Assembly (NCBI RefSeq): GCF_006345805.1
Contig: NC_043002.1
Location: 90,396,001 to 90,460,000, forward strand
DNA: 64,000 bases
Origin: Octopus sinensis
Lineage: Eukaryota
Direction of reading: 5' to 3'
Shown: in pieces, positions 1-14,407 of the stretch
Position numbering within the stretch: the first letter of the stretch is position 1
How the letters are laid out: each line of letters begins with the position of its first letter
The notes under the pieces: model-generated
Seen by the model: only the letters and a program-made list of their open reading frames with translations
Database searches by the model: none
What the model was told of the DNA's origin: nothing
Made by a program: the position numbers and the translations under genes

Positions 1-87
1 CTCTCTAGAGCTGGTATCATGGATAAAGCACTGTGTACACTCTATAAATTGATTGATGTTAGGATAGTTATTCAGCTGCATAATGAA

Positions 88-420
88 GGCACATAGCTCA
101 GTGATTAGAGCATTGGGCTCACAATCATGAGGTAGTGGGTTCGATTCCTGAACCAGGCAGTGTATTTTTTTCTTAAGCAAGACACTTTATTTCCTGTTGC
201 TCCAGTTCGCTCAGCTGTAGAAATGAGTTGTGAGGTTACTAGGGCCAAGTAATATCGGCCTTTGCCTTTCCTTTGGATAACATCAATGGTTTGAAGAGGG
301 AAGGCTGGTATGCATGAGCGACTGTTGATCTTCCATAAACAGCCTTGCTTGGGCTTGTGCTTCAGAGGGTAACTTTCCAGGTGCAATCCCATGGTCATTC
401 ATGAATGAAGAGGGTCTTAA
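88..420 (+). mobile_element. tRNA-headed SINE (family C), diverged
   Basis: A-box-like TAGCTCAGTGATTAG, B-box-like GGTTCGATTCC, central AGCAAGACACTTTATTTC...CTCAGCTGTAGAAATGAGT; a homologous reverse copy lies at 15907-16231. Confidence 0.8.
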
Positions 421-885
421 ACTCCTTTCCTTATTCAGCTGTAGAAAACAAGTCAAAAATGAAATGGGTGTGAAATGAGGTCCCCTGACCCATGTAGGTA
501 AGCAGTACCCCCTGAATAAATGCTGATTCAAACATGATGTCCCTGTAACTCAGCAGTTTGGCAAAAAAAGACCAATAGAATATTTAAAAAAAACATAAAT
601 ACTGGGGTCGATTTATTTAATTAAAAATTCTTCAAGGAGTGTCCCTGCATGATTTCAGTTTAATGACTGAAACAGATCAAAAGTAAAAGATAAGACATAA
701 CTTCTCAGCATGGAAAGTAGATGCAAAATGATGATGATAACGATGTGTGTGTGTATAAACATATTTTTATACTGAGGCATGATCAACAAATTTCAAGGTG
801 AGACTGGCAAATAATTTAGCTTCATTTAAGGATAGAGAGAAAATGCATTGCACAAGCTTAAGTGTATTTATCTGGTTCCTTAAAA

Positions 886-2140
886 TATTGGGTCATCCCA
901 TAAATAATATGAGATTTTTACACTTCTTTTATTTTTCAAAATTAAGATAAACGAAGTTCTCTTTTAATCTAAAATATTCTTCTATCTATCTGGTAGACTT
1001 GCAAAGCCCGTCTTTAAAAATTTACTTGTTCATGAGGAAAAATACTCTTCCAGAACTTTTCTGACCTCGTCTACATAATTCACATGTTTTCCATCCTAAT
1101 GATTTTGAAGACTGTGGAATAAATGATAATCAGATGGGGCGATGACCCGCGAATATGGTGGGTAGGGCATCGTTTCCATTCAAACTGCTTCAGCCTTTTG
1201 AATGTCTTCCTTGCTGTATGTGTCCGAGCACTATCCTGATGGAAGAACACCTTTCGCCTTGAAACCGAAGATGGTCATTTTTCTTCTAGCGCTGACTTAA
1301 GCTGCTCAAGCTGTTTGCAGTAGATCCCCTTTGTTATCATTTGGTTTGGGTTTAAAAGTTCAAAGTGGACTAAACCTTTCATATCTCACCAAACAGAAAA
1401 CAACACCTTATGTGGGTGAAGACCTTCTTTAGCCAGGGGTGCTGGTGTTTCTCCTTTCCCTACCCACTGTCTTCGGTACTTGACATTTTTATAGAGAACC
1501 CATTTCTCACCACCAGTCACTATTCAGTTCAAAAAAGGTTCATACATGAGACATGACAGCAAAGCAGAGCACACATTCACTCTCTGCATATGATTAGACT
1601 TGAAAAGTTTGTGAGGAACCCATTGACTCAATTTACTGACTTTTTCAATGGCATGCAGGTGTCGATGGAATGCTGAACGACCAAGTCCAACTTTCTCTGC
1701 TAGTTCCTCAACAGTTATGATGGGATTTCGTTTCACCAGGGTTTGCAGGACATCTTTGTTGAGCTCTACAGATCTTCCAGGATGAGGCCCATCTTCTAGG
1801 CTGTAGTTTCTGGCTCGGAATTTCTAGAACCACCATTGACTCTGGCTTACGCTTATTGTCTTGTTTCATTAACATTCCTCACACTTTCCATTGTGTTGTT
1901 GTCTTTCTTGAACTCATAAAGCAAAATATGTCAAATATGCTCCTTTGTCACTTCCATTATAACTTTGAAAAATAACTGTTAAAATCGAACTGCACTCTTC
2001 CAAACTTGCACTAAGAATAAGTACAAGAATAAGTACTACCTGCTTTTATAGCAAGTTGATGCAGGTAATTCATTCCATCCCCCTCTGTCTTTTAGTTCAC
2101 ACAATTGAAAAAACTGCATTATTTATGGAATGACCCAATA
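886..2140 (-). mobile_element. Decayed mariner (DD34D-type) DNA transposon, near full length
   Basis: TIRs TTGGGTCATCCCATAAATAAT (888) and ATTATTTATGGAATGACCCAA (ends 2138), both flanked by TA. Minus-strand remnants include WVPHKL (ORF 1524-1736) and PPYSRVIAPSDYHLFHSLQNH (~1100-1170); stops and frameshifts present. Confidence 0.93.
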
Positions 2141-2317
2141 GAAACAATAACTTCAATACAGAATGGTAATTAACAGACTTAGCAGAACATTATGTAATTG
2201 GGGGGTGGGGTGGAGATGAAATTTATGTATAGAAGAAGTATTCCATATTTTCACTTTGAAACATCAGTTGCTTAATAGTAGGCAAGAACAAGCTCTAAGA
2301 TGTCTACACCTTTACAG

Positions 2318-2357
2318 AAGAGCAATCAGATCAGCCATGGAAGAGATTTGTAATTAG
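2318..2357 (+). CDS. Candidate internal exon of an unidentified host gene (EEQSDQPWKRFVIR)
   Basis: Acceptor cctttacag, strong donor AG|GTAAGC; splices in frame with 2784-2841. Confidence 0.4.
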
Positions 2358-2783
2358 GTAAGCACTATGTAAATAGGAGATGCCTGAGTTTACATAGTAA
2401 ATGTCAATGTAATATCGAGTTTGTGTATATCAAGTAGTAATCAATATTTTCCATATGTACAACAAAATATTTGATAATTCTTGCAACAGAATAGGAGAAT
2501 GAAACTACATGTAAATTAAAACTTGATTTATACAAATAAAAATTCAAATTGACCCTGCAAGTAAATTATATACATCTGATATATTTAAACTATAATTAGT
2601 GACCAGTTAATGTACACAATCTCTGAAACTTACTAATTCATAATCCACCTATGCTACTATTTTTATATTAAGAAAGAAAAATAAGTACTTCAACCTAATT
2701 AAAGGTCTAGTACTTTTAATTTGAAATTCAAACTTAAGGTCAGTATAGGGTCAACTTTATTACAGTTTTTATAACCGTATAAG

Positions 2784-2841
2784 GTTTCCAAATCTTCCTC
2801 TCACATTCTTTGCAATGGAAAACTATAACCACCTACAAAAT
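2784..2841 (+). CDS. Candidate internal exon (FPNLPLTFFAMENYNHLQN)
   Basis: Acceptor tttttataaccgtataag, donor AAT|GTGAGG; phase 2 entry matches the exit of 2318-2357. Confidence 0.4.
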
Positions 2842-3424
2842 GTGAGGTTAGCTAAACCTGCATATACTAAGTTTACTTCAGACCACATCAGTGGATGGAC
2901 CTTGAATAAACTTGCATAGACTAATAACCTGTCAAAAGTTGCTAAATGTGATTGCAAGATCTCTGTGCAGCAGAAACATGCGTCAGACACATTTAAATCA
3001 AATATGCTGTATAATCGACTAGAAAAAAAAAATATGCAGACATACTAATCTCTGTATTCATTGTAATTGTCTTGAATATTTACTTGGTAAAATCATCATC
3101 ATCATCACCGCTTTCCATGCTAGCATGGGTTGGACGATTTGACTGAGGTCTGGTGAACCAGATGGCTGCACCAGACTCCACTCTGATCTGGCAGAGTTTC
3201 TACAGCTGGATGCCCTAATCCAGTGAAGTGAGCCCAGGATTTGCCCATTGGATGAAATACATTGGGAATCTTACCTTAAGTAATCCCATATGCTCCTTGT
3301 AGCTCAATGCGGTTAGCCATAACCAGGATTATAACTGAGTGCACATACGGTACCTGCCTGGGTACTTAGTCCCTATCTATTCATTACACACACACACACA
3401 ACACACACAAATGGAGAGAGAGCT

Positions 3425-3670
3425 CTGAAATGTATTCTATCATATAGAACTGTTTTACTTATATTTTTATGATGTTTCATTGCTATATATAATTTAGAGG
3501 TGTTGTATTCTACTATGTGGAACATTATGTTATATACAATATATTACTGCTATATATAACTTAGAAATGTATTCTACCATATAGACTGTTGTGTTATATA
3601 TAACATTATATGGTTATATATATAGCTTAGAAGTTAAGTTGTGTTCTGTCATAAAGACTACAATATAATT
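3425..3670. repeat. Diverged ~65-70 bp minisatellite, ~3.5 copies
   Basis: Recurring GAAATGTATTCTA(T/C)CATATAGA...CTATATATAA(C/T)TTA blocks. Confidence 0.65.
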
Positions 3671-5652
3671 ATATTGGACAGAATGTTATGTGTAATCCAA
3701 AAGTATTCTAACAAGTACAGCTAACGACTCACACCCACACACATACGAGATATTATTTATGGCATGGATGAAGTATATTTTATATGTTTAGTGAAAGACT
3801 TTATCAAGTTTCAAAATTAAATTTGACAATGTGAAATAAGAAGAGTTGTGAAGAAGAAATGCTAAAATCTTGTTTAATTACTTTTCTGCTGGCTGTTTTG
3901 TTGCGGCTTTTAATGGACTGCAAGTTTAGATAGATGGACATTGATGCTAACAAATATTTTAAAATGTTCTTTAATGCAATAAGTTTTCTCTTATGAAACA
4001 ATTTTATAGTTACACTGTTAATGTTAGTTACTCTTGCATCTTTAATTATATTGAGCTTATAATCCTATCTATGGCACGAACAATGAATATATTTCTAATC
4101 TTTCCTTCATTTTGAAACAGAATACAAAAAAGAAAAGAACAAAGAAAAATAACAATGTTAAAACAATTTTTAATGTTATTAAAATAGCAGTGGTTGTGGC
4201 TATTATTAGTGTTGCTCTGCTCTTGTTGAATGGCATTCTGGCACTGAGATGACTAAATAAACAATCATAAAACCAGATTTTTAGCTGTGTTACAGCGAGG
4301 TTTTATTTTTATTGTAAAAATGCTGTTTTGGGATATAGGGGCTTTTAACATCATCACTGCTAACATCATCTTCATTTTATGCTTGCTTTTGCTATGTTGG
4401 CATGTGTTAAATGAAACTTTTCGAGGCAGTATTGTCTGACTGGATGCTCATCCCAGTGCCAACTATTGTTTTCAACTACAATTCTTTATTCCCAGTTCTT
4501 CTCTTGTTTAACTACCAAGGTTGTGGGTCACAAACAAACAAACTTTCTGACAAAGTGTTGTCAATGCAAAGTGTTATGGTGTGGGTATACATGTCTGGTG
4601 TAAAATGGTATTATGCACATAAATAACCTAACACAGAACACACACCATATTACTCAAATGTAGGTACGATACTCAGAATTCATTGTTCAACTACCAACTG
4701 TTAAACTAATACACGTTGAATGAACACAGTAAACCAACGTGGCCACTAACACCGTCAACTACCTCCTTGACAGTTCTTATTTATTGTAATCGGTTAGTCC
4801 ATCTTCAATCACATGGGGGTGTTCAGGATTCTCCCATAACACAAAGACACATGAAGACACCGATACACATGCATACATAGGTGCATGCAAGCATAAACAC
4901 ATGTATACACACACACTTACATTTACATACATTCACACAGACTGCCCACACACACTTGTGGTAGGCTTCAGTATAGTTTCTGTCAGCCAAATTTCACTCA
5001 CAAAGCATAACGGTAGTAATAGCAGTAGGTGGTTGTGTTGGTATTGGGTGATGGTATTGGGTGGTGGTAATAAAAGTTGTGGGTGGTTGGGTTGTTTGAA
5101 GTAATAGTTGTTATAATAGCAGTAGTAATAGTAATATTAGGTGTTGGTAGAAGTAGACAGTGATGGTGGTGGTGGTTGTAGTAGTAGTTGCAGTAGGTGG
5201 TGGTAAGAGTATTTAGCAATAGCAATATAGTTGTTGTTGTTTTTGCTGTAGTTGTGGTGGTGGTGGTGGTAGCAGTGGTTTATTGCTTGCTTTACCCACC
5301 AAACAAACTAAAAGAGAAAACTAACTTTTCAATTAAGCAGCTCCCACTTAGATGAACGTCATGTTTAATGGATTCCTTTATCTATTAGTATTTAACATTT
5401 AAACAAAGAATATGATGAAAATTTGCCTGTTTCAAATGTTATATCTGTTGTACTTAAAGAACTGACATATTGCTATATTAAGGTTAGGAAGAAGATGCAC
5501 TGAATTCTCTGAATATGATGTATGTATATACACACATGTATCTACAACTATCAAATAGAATTATGGAAATCATTCATAAAATTGTTATTAGCTATGTCAA
5601 ATATAGCGAGGCTGGAATATTTACAGCAATCTACTGATAGACACAAAAAGAC

Positions 5653-5729
<77 letters not shown>

Positions 5730-6101
5730 TATAGTCACATGCACATTGATACATGTACATACAGATGCACAAATATGTAGACACATATATCAACATAGAT
5801 ATATAGATATACATATAATATATAGACATACATATCCATATAGATTTTTCAATAAATAAACTTTAATGTATGTGTTTGACAGGGTGGGCATGTGGGCATG
5901 TTTATGTGCATGTTTTACATGTTTTGCTTGAGAATGAATGATGGACGATACTCTTGACCTTCACCAATCTCTCTGAGGCTGATCAGATTGATGTGGTTGA
6001 TGTGCAGCAGTAACCAACTACAAGTTAACACAAGAGTGAGTTGGGACTTCAGGAGGCTGATGACCTGGGAAGAAAGAACTGAAAAAATATGGGTATTATA
6101 G

Positions 6102-6532
6102 GGTGCTGGTGTGGCTGTATGGTAAGAAGTTTGTTTCTCAACCACATGGTTCTGGGTTCAGTCCCATTGCATGACACTTTGGGCAAGCATCTTCTACTAT
6201 AGCCTTGAACCAATCAAGGCCTTGTGAATGGATTTGGTAGATGGAAACTGAAAGAAGCTCTGTGTGTGTATGTGTTTGTGTGTATGTATATATGATTGTA
6301 TATATCTATGTGTGTGTGTTTTTGTGTCTGTGTTTGTCCCCTCTCCAATGCTTGACAACCGATGTTGGTGTGTTTACATCCCTGTAACTTGCTGGTTTTG
6401 CAAAAGAGATCAATGGGATAAGGATTAGGCTTTAAAAAATATAGTCCTGGGATCGATTTGATTGACTAAAACCCTTCAAGGCACTACCCCAGCATGGCCG
6501 CAATCAAAGGACTGAAATAAGTAAAAGATAAA
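6102..6532 (+). mobile_element. SINE family A (tRNA head, central microsatellite), older copy
   Basis: GTGGCTGTATGGTAAG...GGTTCAGTCCC head, (TG/TA)n centre, CCCCAGCATGGCCGCA...GACTGAAATAAGTAAAAG tail. Confidence 0.88.
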
Positions 6533-6874
6533 AGAAGAAATGATAAAAAATATAGGACATGGGGAGAGACAACACATTTATGAGTCTTGGCATTAAAGTC
6601 AAAACGAGCACCCTACAGTCTACCCTTCACTGTGAATAAGAATCCCTTTGTTACTAGCAGAAGTAGCTTTTTGAAACATTTTCCACTCCATTTTATTATT
6701 TTTCTTTTTGTTACTTTGCTCTTGGAATAACCACTTCCTCTGTTGATTTGGCCACTTCTTTGAAAGTGAATGTTGCAGAAGCAACCAGCTACTTCACTAG
6801 CGTTCCTTGCTTATTTAAATAAAAAAATTTTAAATCGTTTGATTGCACCTCTACAGTGAGATCAGGAAGAAATA

Positions 6875-7345
6875 TTTGCAGACTCATTCTTTACATGTCT
6901 AGGCAGGTTTGCAAACAAAATATGCTGTGTGCTGTAGGGTATATCTTAGAAAAATAACTTCTCCCTTTTAGATATCAGTGTACTCAGCTCACTTGACTCA
7001 TTTGTACATGGCATTCTGAGACACTGGTGTTTTCACGTGTAACTCATCAGGCAGGAGTTTTTTATCAGTTGCAGATATAACCACTGATCAGCAAACAATT
7101 CTGTTCACTGAAAATGTAAACAAAGCAGTGGCTTTGGCTAGACTCAAAGTTTTGGCTACATTTGACTGATGGGGCACAGCATGTCGAAAAACTGGGGTTC
7201 CAGAATGCTGTGCACCAATGAGATGAGTGTGCTGAACATATTATTGTTTAAAAGGGAGAAATTATTTTTCTGTGACATACACTACAGCACCCAGCATATT
7301 TTGCATTGTGCCAGCCTAGACATGTTAAGAATTAATATGCAAGTA
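6875..7345. mobile_element. Old palindromic MITE-like element
   Basis: 6888-6970 is the reverse complement of 7253-7330 (TTCTTTACATGTCTAGGC...AAAAATAACTTCTCCCTTTT versus AAAAGGGAGAAATTATTTTT...GCCTAGACATGTTAAGAA); weaker similarity continues inward. Confidence 0.7.
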
Positions 7346-7659
7346 GTCATTTAAACAATTTATTTCACTGAAAATCTTACTGCTAACTACTCGTGTACAT
7401 CTGCTCCATATGAAGTCTACCTTTACTGTTATCCTGGTTGTGATCCTTCTAAACCTGTTGTATGGCCATAATGTAAATGTGGTAACTAAACTGGCACTTT
7501 GTTGTTTACAATAATGAGGGTTCCAGTTGATCCTGTCAATGGAACAGCAAGAGGCTGAGCACTCCACAGACATGCATACCCTTAACATTGTTCTGTAGGA
7601 GTATACCTGCATGGACAATAGTTGATGATGATGATGGTGATGATGATGTTTCTGTATGA

Positions 7660-7835
7660 CACACAATATGGCAAGGCTGGCTCTTTGAAATGCAGGAACT
7701 ACGCATTTTTGCCCAGCTGAATGGACTGGTGCAATGTTAAGTAAAGCGTCTTGCTCAAGAATACAATGTACTACTGGTAATCGAACTCACAACCTTATGA
7801 TTGTGAGCCAAATATCCCTTACCACTAAGCCACAC
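7660..7835 (-). mobile_element. SINE family C 5' fragment
   Basis: Reverse of the tRNA head plus TTGAGCAAGACGCTTTACTT...CCATTCAGCTGGGCAAAAATG, matching 88-420. Confidence 0.7.
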
Positions 7836-9007
7836 AATTTGACTCCCACTACTATACCCATACTGCACTGCACTACACTACACTACTTTATTTTCAGCTG
7901 CTGAAGATAAAGTATCTTGATCATGAACATAACACACTGATTGTGACACAACGTGTGTGACCTGCTGACCTCTTGACTACAGCCATCCATGTTGTTTATT
8001 GCAGTAGATTCTACTCATTTGGAATACTGAAGTTCATATGCATAGTGTGTGCATGTGTGCATGCACATTTAAATGGGATGCAGGTATACACCGAAGTAGT
8101 GGAGAAAATTTGATTTTCATTCATGAAGTCTCCTGTATTTGAACTCAGTATGCCACACTTTGGATTAAGTATCCTTCTTTGACAATATCCTTGGTTTGAT
8201 ATGGTACACTGTAAAGAATTAGTATGTACTCCTTTTATGCATATCATACATGAATGAGTCACTAACGATAGCCGAGCCTTGTCTTCTTTTCTGCTAAGTC
8301 TTTTGTTTTCCTGAGATTTCCTTTGAAGTCTTTTAATTCTAAGTTACACTTCCATTTTTAGATTTTCTTCTCTAAGTCTTTGGCAGGTTCAGTTATAAGT
8401 ATGAAATCACTGATTTCATCCAAGTGATCTTGTGAATAATAAATTGTAAGGTGTCTTTGTTAAGGTTTGTGAAACTAAATTGAACTAGAGGATAACTGAG
8501 AACTGATCCCTGATCAACTTCATCCTGTTTGTTATTGCCATTTGCTAAGTCCCTCGCTGTGCGTGTATGTGCACATAATCTCTCTCTCTCCCCCCTCTCT
8601 CTCTCTGTCCCTCTCTCTCACACACATTCACTGTTTAATTCTTCCTTCTGTTGCTATCTAAAGTTTTCTGTTCCAAGGAATATTCATCTACTTTATTATT
8701 CTCCCTTATTTTCGCACCCAATGTCAACATTCTTGCTTACATATAATTGACGTTACCTTCATATATTGGCACTAACTTTATATATTCATAGTTTTTTTTT
8801 TCTTTTAATTATCCTAACATCTTACAACACTCTACACATCTACACATACACACATATTCATATATACAGGTCTTGCAAACAGGCATATAGTGTACACAAA
8901 CAATATTTGTGAAAACCATATACTAGAAAATATTACCAAGTTTTTACAACATATACATACATGTACACATGCAAGCACATATGCATATGTATGCTTGAAT
9001 GTATGTA

Positions 9008-9050
<43 letters not shown>

Positions 9051-9480
9051 CTATATCTTTGAAAGGCAGAGCTATCCATCTAATCTCCACCATGACACTG
9101 TTTTAATAACAGATGTTATTGATCTTTATATAAAACCTAGCAATTTTCTTCTAGATGACTTTGAATCAAGAAAAAGAATTGATTCTGAGGGAAAATTTCC
9201 TAAATGAAAATTATTACACACACACACGCATGCGCGCACGCACACACACACACACACACACACACTTACAAACATATGTGTGCACACAAACATATCATTA
9301 CCGTAATCATCATTTTACATCAGCTTTCAATGCTGGGGGTACATCTCATTGCCCTGTCCAACCCATGCCAGCACAGAAAACATATGTAAAATTATGATAT
9401 ATAATTACACATATGTGTGTGTGTGTAGGTATATTGGTGCAAGCAAGAAAAGTAGAACTCAAAATATGAGTATTCTTCTA

Positions 9481-9889
9481 TTCTTTTACTTGTTTCAGTC
9501 ATATGACTGCAGCCATGCTGGAGCACCACCTTTAGCTGAAGAAATGACCCCAAGAGTTATTCTTTGTAAGACTAATACTTATCCTATTGGTCTCTTTTGC
9601 TGAACTACTAAGTTACGGGGACATAAACACACCATCATTGGTTGTCAAGTGATGGTGAGGGTGCAAAAACAGACATATATACACATGTAAACATATTACA
9701 TATATATATATATATATATATGTGATGGGCTTTTTTCAGTTTCCAGTTTCTTTCTACCAAATCCACCCACAGGGCTTTGGCTGGTCCGAGGTTATAGTAG
9801 AAGACACTTGCCCAAGGTGCCACGCAGTGGGACTGAACCCAGAACCATGTGGTTGGCAAGCAAGCTTTTTACCGCACAACCACACCTGC
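9481..9889 (-). mobile_element. SINE family A
   Basis: Full head, microsatellite and tail on the minus strand. Confidence 0.9.
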
Positions 9890-10129
9890 ATAGTAGATGT
9901 AACTCAAGGCCTGAGAGTTTCATGCATTGGCACTTATCAAACTTCAATAAACATATACTGAACCACAAAAGAAGCATCACACACATACTGAATAGAAACC
10001 GGTTTATTAACAGACTGCCATAGCATTGATTGAAGAGTGCTAATTAAGAAACCGTTCTTTCCTAATGACAAAACGTCATTTCCTGAAACATGTTTGATGT
10101 CACATGATGTCATGTGATGAAAGAGTGTC

Positions 10130-11180
10130 CTGGATCCAAAGAGATGAACTCAATATCATGTGTGACCACTGTTAGCATTGATTATTAACAGGCATCTTCT
10201 GTACATTGAAGGCACCAAACAACTAATGAAGGCCATGGGGATAGCAGCCCACACTCTGTTAAAACTTGCTGTGAGTTGTGCCTCAGTTGTCTGCCTTGGA
10301 CGGATGTCATCTAGCCTTCTTAAGATTTCATCCTACAGCTGCTCTATGGGGTTCAAGTCTACACTTAGGGCAAGCCATGGCAGTGTCTGGATGTTGTACT
10401 GTTGGAGGAAGTCTGTTATCAACCTGGCAGTATGGGCACGGGCATTGTCATGTTGGAATATGTGATTCCAATGACAGGCAAAGTATGGCACAGTGTGATG
10501 GCTCAACACTTAGTTGATATAGTGCGCAGCAGTCACTCCATTGCCCCAGCCTTGGCTGATGTTTTGGAGGGTCACCGGTCCAATTTTCTGGTTATGTGCA
10601 ATCATGCCCCATACCATGATGCTCTGTTCTCCCCATGCATCTCTCTCTCCACCACACAGTCATTGGCATGATGTTCACCTCTTCTTCTCCAAAGCCTAGC
10701 ACTGCCATTGGCCACAAAAAGGCAATATTGACTTTTGTCAGAAAAGGCTACAGCTTCCACTGCTGATTTTACCAGTTCTGACAGCTTTGAGCTCACTGCA
10801 GACGTGCCTGTTAATGATGATCTGTGAGGAAGGGGCCCCCCAGTTGGACGTCAACAAGACAGATTGAAAGATCTCAGCGAACCATCTCTGCACAAATTGG
10901 TCTGTGCTGAATCCTTATGGTCTGCCTAGCTGATTCCATTGTCCTCCAGAATTGGTCCTGTAAGTGCTGTCTGTGCAGGTGGCGATCTTGATGTGCTGTT
11001 GTAACCATCAGTCAGCCACTGTGTGGGCAATCATCCATGCTGTTTGTTGTATCATTCCCTCAGCCACTCAATTGTCCGAATACTTAAGAAGATGGTTTGC
11101 TCCCTTTGATTTTAAGCCAGTCTTGACTTGCTTGGTGCATTCAGGAAACAAATGACAGGCTGATAAAATTGGGTGCTTTT
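10130..11180 (-). mobile_element. Decayed Tc1-like transposase (DD34E)
   Basis: Minus translation SDKSQYCLF...RLWRRRGE...SIMVWGMI...FQHDNARAHTARLITDFLQQYNIQTLPWLALSVDLNPIEQL; 34 residues between D and E; several stops; TIRs not located. Confidence 0.88.
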
Positions 11181-11411
11181 ATACCCAATGAGTCAACGTT
11201 TGGCATCATGCTTTTCATAAAGTTGCGTTCAAAAGCATTACCATGCTCATGAAAAGTGAGTGAGTTCGAACCCTATATGCAATGCTTGTGTTTTCAAAAG
11301 AGAATGGTGTTGTGGGTCAAATAACCTAGAAATATGATAAAATCCATGTAATCTCAATATCTTGTGAGAAACAAATAATCATTTACAGTGCGACATTTCT
11401 TTAGTAGCTTA

Positions 11412-11470
<59 letters not shown>

Positions 11471-11844
11471 GTATATATATATATATATATACATATACAC
11501 ACACAACACACATATATATATTCATTCATTTTATATTTGATTTCCCATGCTAGCATGGGTTAGATGAATATGTATTGCAAAAGCATTGTTGTTATAGCTG
11601 GTTGCCCTTCCTGTTACTTATCCTTACTGGGTTTTCAGATAAGGAAGTTTTCAATCCACTCTTCTTGAAAGTATAGTGCTGCTGGATGACTCATTGATAA
11701 CTCATTGCTATATTTTGAAGAAGGACAAAATGCAAACGCTGCATAAACACGTGCCAACAAACATAGACCCACTCATATGCATGCATTTGAGCATGTACAG
11801 ACACACTCAGACACACACAGATATATATGATACACTTCATACAG

Positions 11845-12086
11845 TTTCTTATTTCTTTATTGCCCACAAGGGGCTAAACACAGAGGGGACAAACAAACAA
11901 GGACAGACAAAGGGATTAAGTCGATTACATCAACCCCAGTGCTTAACTGGTACATAATTTATCGACCCTGAAAGGATGAAAGGCAAAGTTGACCTCGGCG
12001 GAATTTGAACTCAGAACGTCAAGACAGACGAAATACCGCTAAGCATTTCGCCTGGTGTGCTAACGTTTCTGCCAGCTCACCGCCTT
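11845..12086 (-). mobile_element. SINE family B (tRNA head plus Nin-like central domain)
   Basis: AAGGCGGTGAGCTGGCAGAAACGTTAGC...GAGTTCAAATTCC...GCCTTTCATCCTTTCAGGGTCGATAAATTATGTACCAG on the minus strand. The Nin-domain resemblance is from memory. Confidence 0.85.
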
Positions 12087-12395
12087 CATACAGTTTCTAT
12101 CAACCAAATTTACTCCAAAGATATTGGTTGGTTTCAATCTATAATAGAATACACCTACCCATGGCACTGTGTGATGGGATTGAACTTGACAGCATATGTT
12201 TGCACAACAAATTTCTTAACCACACCATCATGTCTGTACCTAAGCACCTAAGCATATACTTATGTGCGTGTGTGTGTGAGAATGCATGTGTATTTATCAT
12301 TAGCTATCTATAGTTACATTTTTAATATGTATGTATACATATTTTTACTTATAGCTTGTATATATATATATGTATATATGTGTGTATACATACAT

Positions 12396-12467
<72 letters not shown>

Positions 12468-13183
12468 GCATACATACATATATACATACATACATACATG
12501 CATGCATGCACACATATTCTTCTTCAGCAATTGATTGGAGACTGCAACAGTTTCAGCACACAATAGACACCCACACACTCTGCAAACATGCACATACATA
12601 CACACACACATCCATGCACACAAGCACACATACACTCACAGTCATACACATACACTCACATTCACTCACATATATATACACATGCATACATACATGTTTG
12701 TTTGTTTTTTGCATATAAAAACAGTTAAACATTAAGTTGAAGGATTACTTAATACTTTTGAGTGAACTTATAATATTTATTTTTTTACTTACTGTCAGAG
12801 ACCGTCTAAAAGTAAATAAATACCAACAGTAACCATGGAATTTCATAGATACTTTGAAAACTCAAAGATGGATGGAAATTTATTGAGAACAACAGGAAAT
12901 CATTTCTCTTGAAATTTTTTTTTTCTTTCTGAAACAAATGAATCTTGAGATGGCGTAAAACTTCACATAGGTAGTATTGTAACTGCCGGCCCCTGAGCTG
13001 TGGATTATATAAAAACATACCAGTAATATAGGCACAAGCATAATGGTTCTAAGTTTGGTTTTACTGCAGAATACACGGACTATGATCTTCTTATATAGCT
13101 TTGACTTTGGTGTTACTTGAAGTAACATTTGTTTTTCTTGTTTTTTCTCTTTCTCCCTCTCTCTTTCTCTTTTCCTGTCTCTT

Positions 13184-13258
<75 letters not shown>

Positions 13259-13374
13259 CTTTTCATTTTAATTGGTACTACTCCTATGTTGAGTGAATTA
13301 AAATTATATGAAGATAAAATATAATTATATACATACTTTCCTATATACAGCTTTTCAATGAATACACATGAAGC

Positions 13375-13585
13375 CAGTGACACCTGACTGGCTCCTGTGC
13401 CCGTGGCACATAAGAAGCACTCACTACACTCTCAGACTGGTTGGCTTTAGGAAGGGCATCTAGCTGTAGAAACCTTACCTGATCAGATTGGAGCCTGGTG
13501 CAGCCTACTGGCTTGCCAGTCCTCAGTCAAACCGTCCAACCCATACTAGCATAGAAAGCGGCCGTTAAATGATGATGATGATGAT
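13375..13585 (+). mobile_element. RTE-type LINE 3'UTR fragment with (GAT)n tail
   Basis: TAGGAAGGGCATCTAGCTGTAGAAAC...CGTTAAATGATGATG, same as the 3' end of 16796-17581. Confidence 0.85.
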
Positions 13586-13631
13586 AACACACATATATGC
13601 AAACATATATTAATATGTATATATATTTCCA

Positions 13632-13850
13632 AAGGTGGTGCACTAGCAGAATCATGAACCTATCTGGCAAAATGCTTAGCAGTGTTTTGTCTGTCTTTAC
13701 TTACTGAATTCAAATTTTGTTGAGGGTGACTTTGCTTTTTCTCCCTTCTGGGGTCAGTAAAATAAGTACCAGTTGAACACTGGGGTTGATGTAAATGACT
13801 TGCCCCTCCCCCAAAATTGGTGGCCTTGTGCCAAAATTTGAAACCAGTAT
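13632..13850 (+). mobile_element. SINE family B, diverged
   Basis: Homologous to 11845-12086; another minus copy at ~14055-14260. Confidence 0.75.
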
Positions 13851-14310
13851 ACATACATATATGCCTTACACACACATACACACATTACATTTTAGGGTCA
13901 CTTTCCTTCTCAATGCAAAACTCTCAAAAAATAAATACTTTTGACTGCATTTTATTTCCTCCGAAGATTCCTTTCTGTTTAGGATTAAATTTATTTGAAA
14001 ATTCACAATTTTCATGTGACTCTTCAATTCTAATTTTTAATCAAACATTCTCAAAAAGGAACCACAATTTTGGGTGGGGTTGCAGGGATAAATCAATTAC
14101 ATCAACCCCAGGACTCAACTCTTACTTATTTTATCAACCCTGAAAGGAGAAAAGAGAAAGTTGGCCTTGGTGGAATTTGAACTCAGCCTGTAAAGATGGA
14201 CAGAATGCCAATAAGAATTTTTGCATGACATTGCTAACGATTCTGCCAGTTCCCCATCTTTATCTTCTCTAACATATTAATATCATAGGCATTTATAGAT
14301 ACATAAGTAC

Positions 14311-14311
14311 A

Positions 14312-14407
<96 letters not shown>
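14311..14407. repeat. (CA)n microsatellite
   Basis: Near-pure CA tract of ~95 bp. Confidence 0.97.

Noticed and set aside
4998-5280. His/Thr/Tyr-rich ORFs
   Set aside because: Degenerate (GGT/GTA/GTT)n low-complexity sequence.
9113-9207. IKPSNFLL as a kinase catalytic loop or terminal exon
   Set aside because: There is no HRD and no other kinase subdomain nearby; likely chance.
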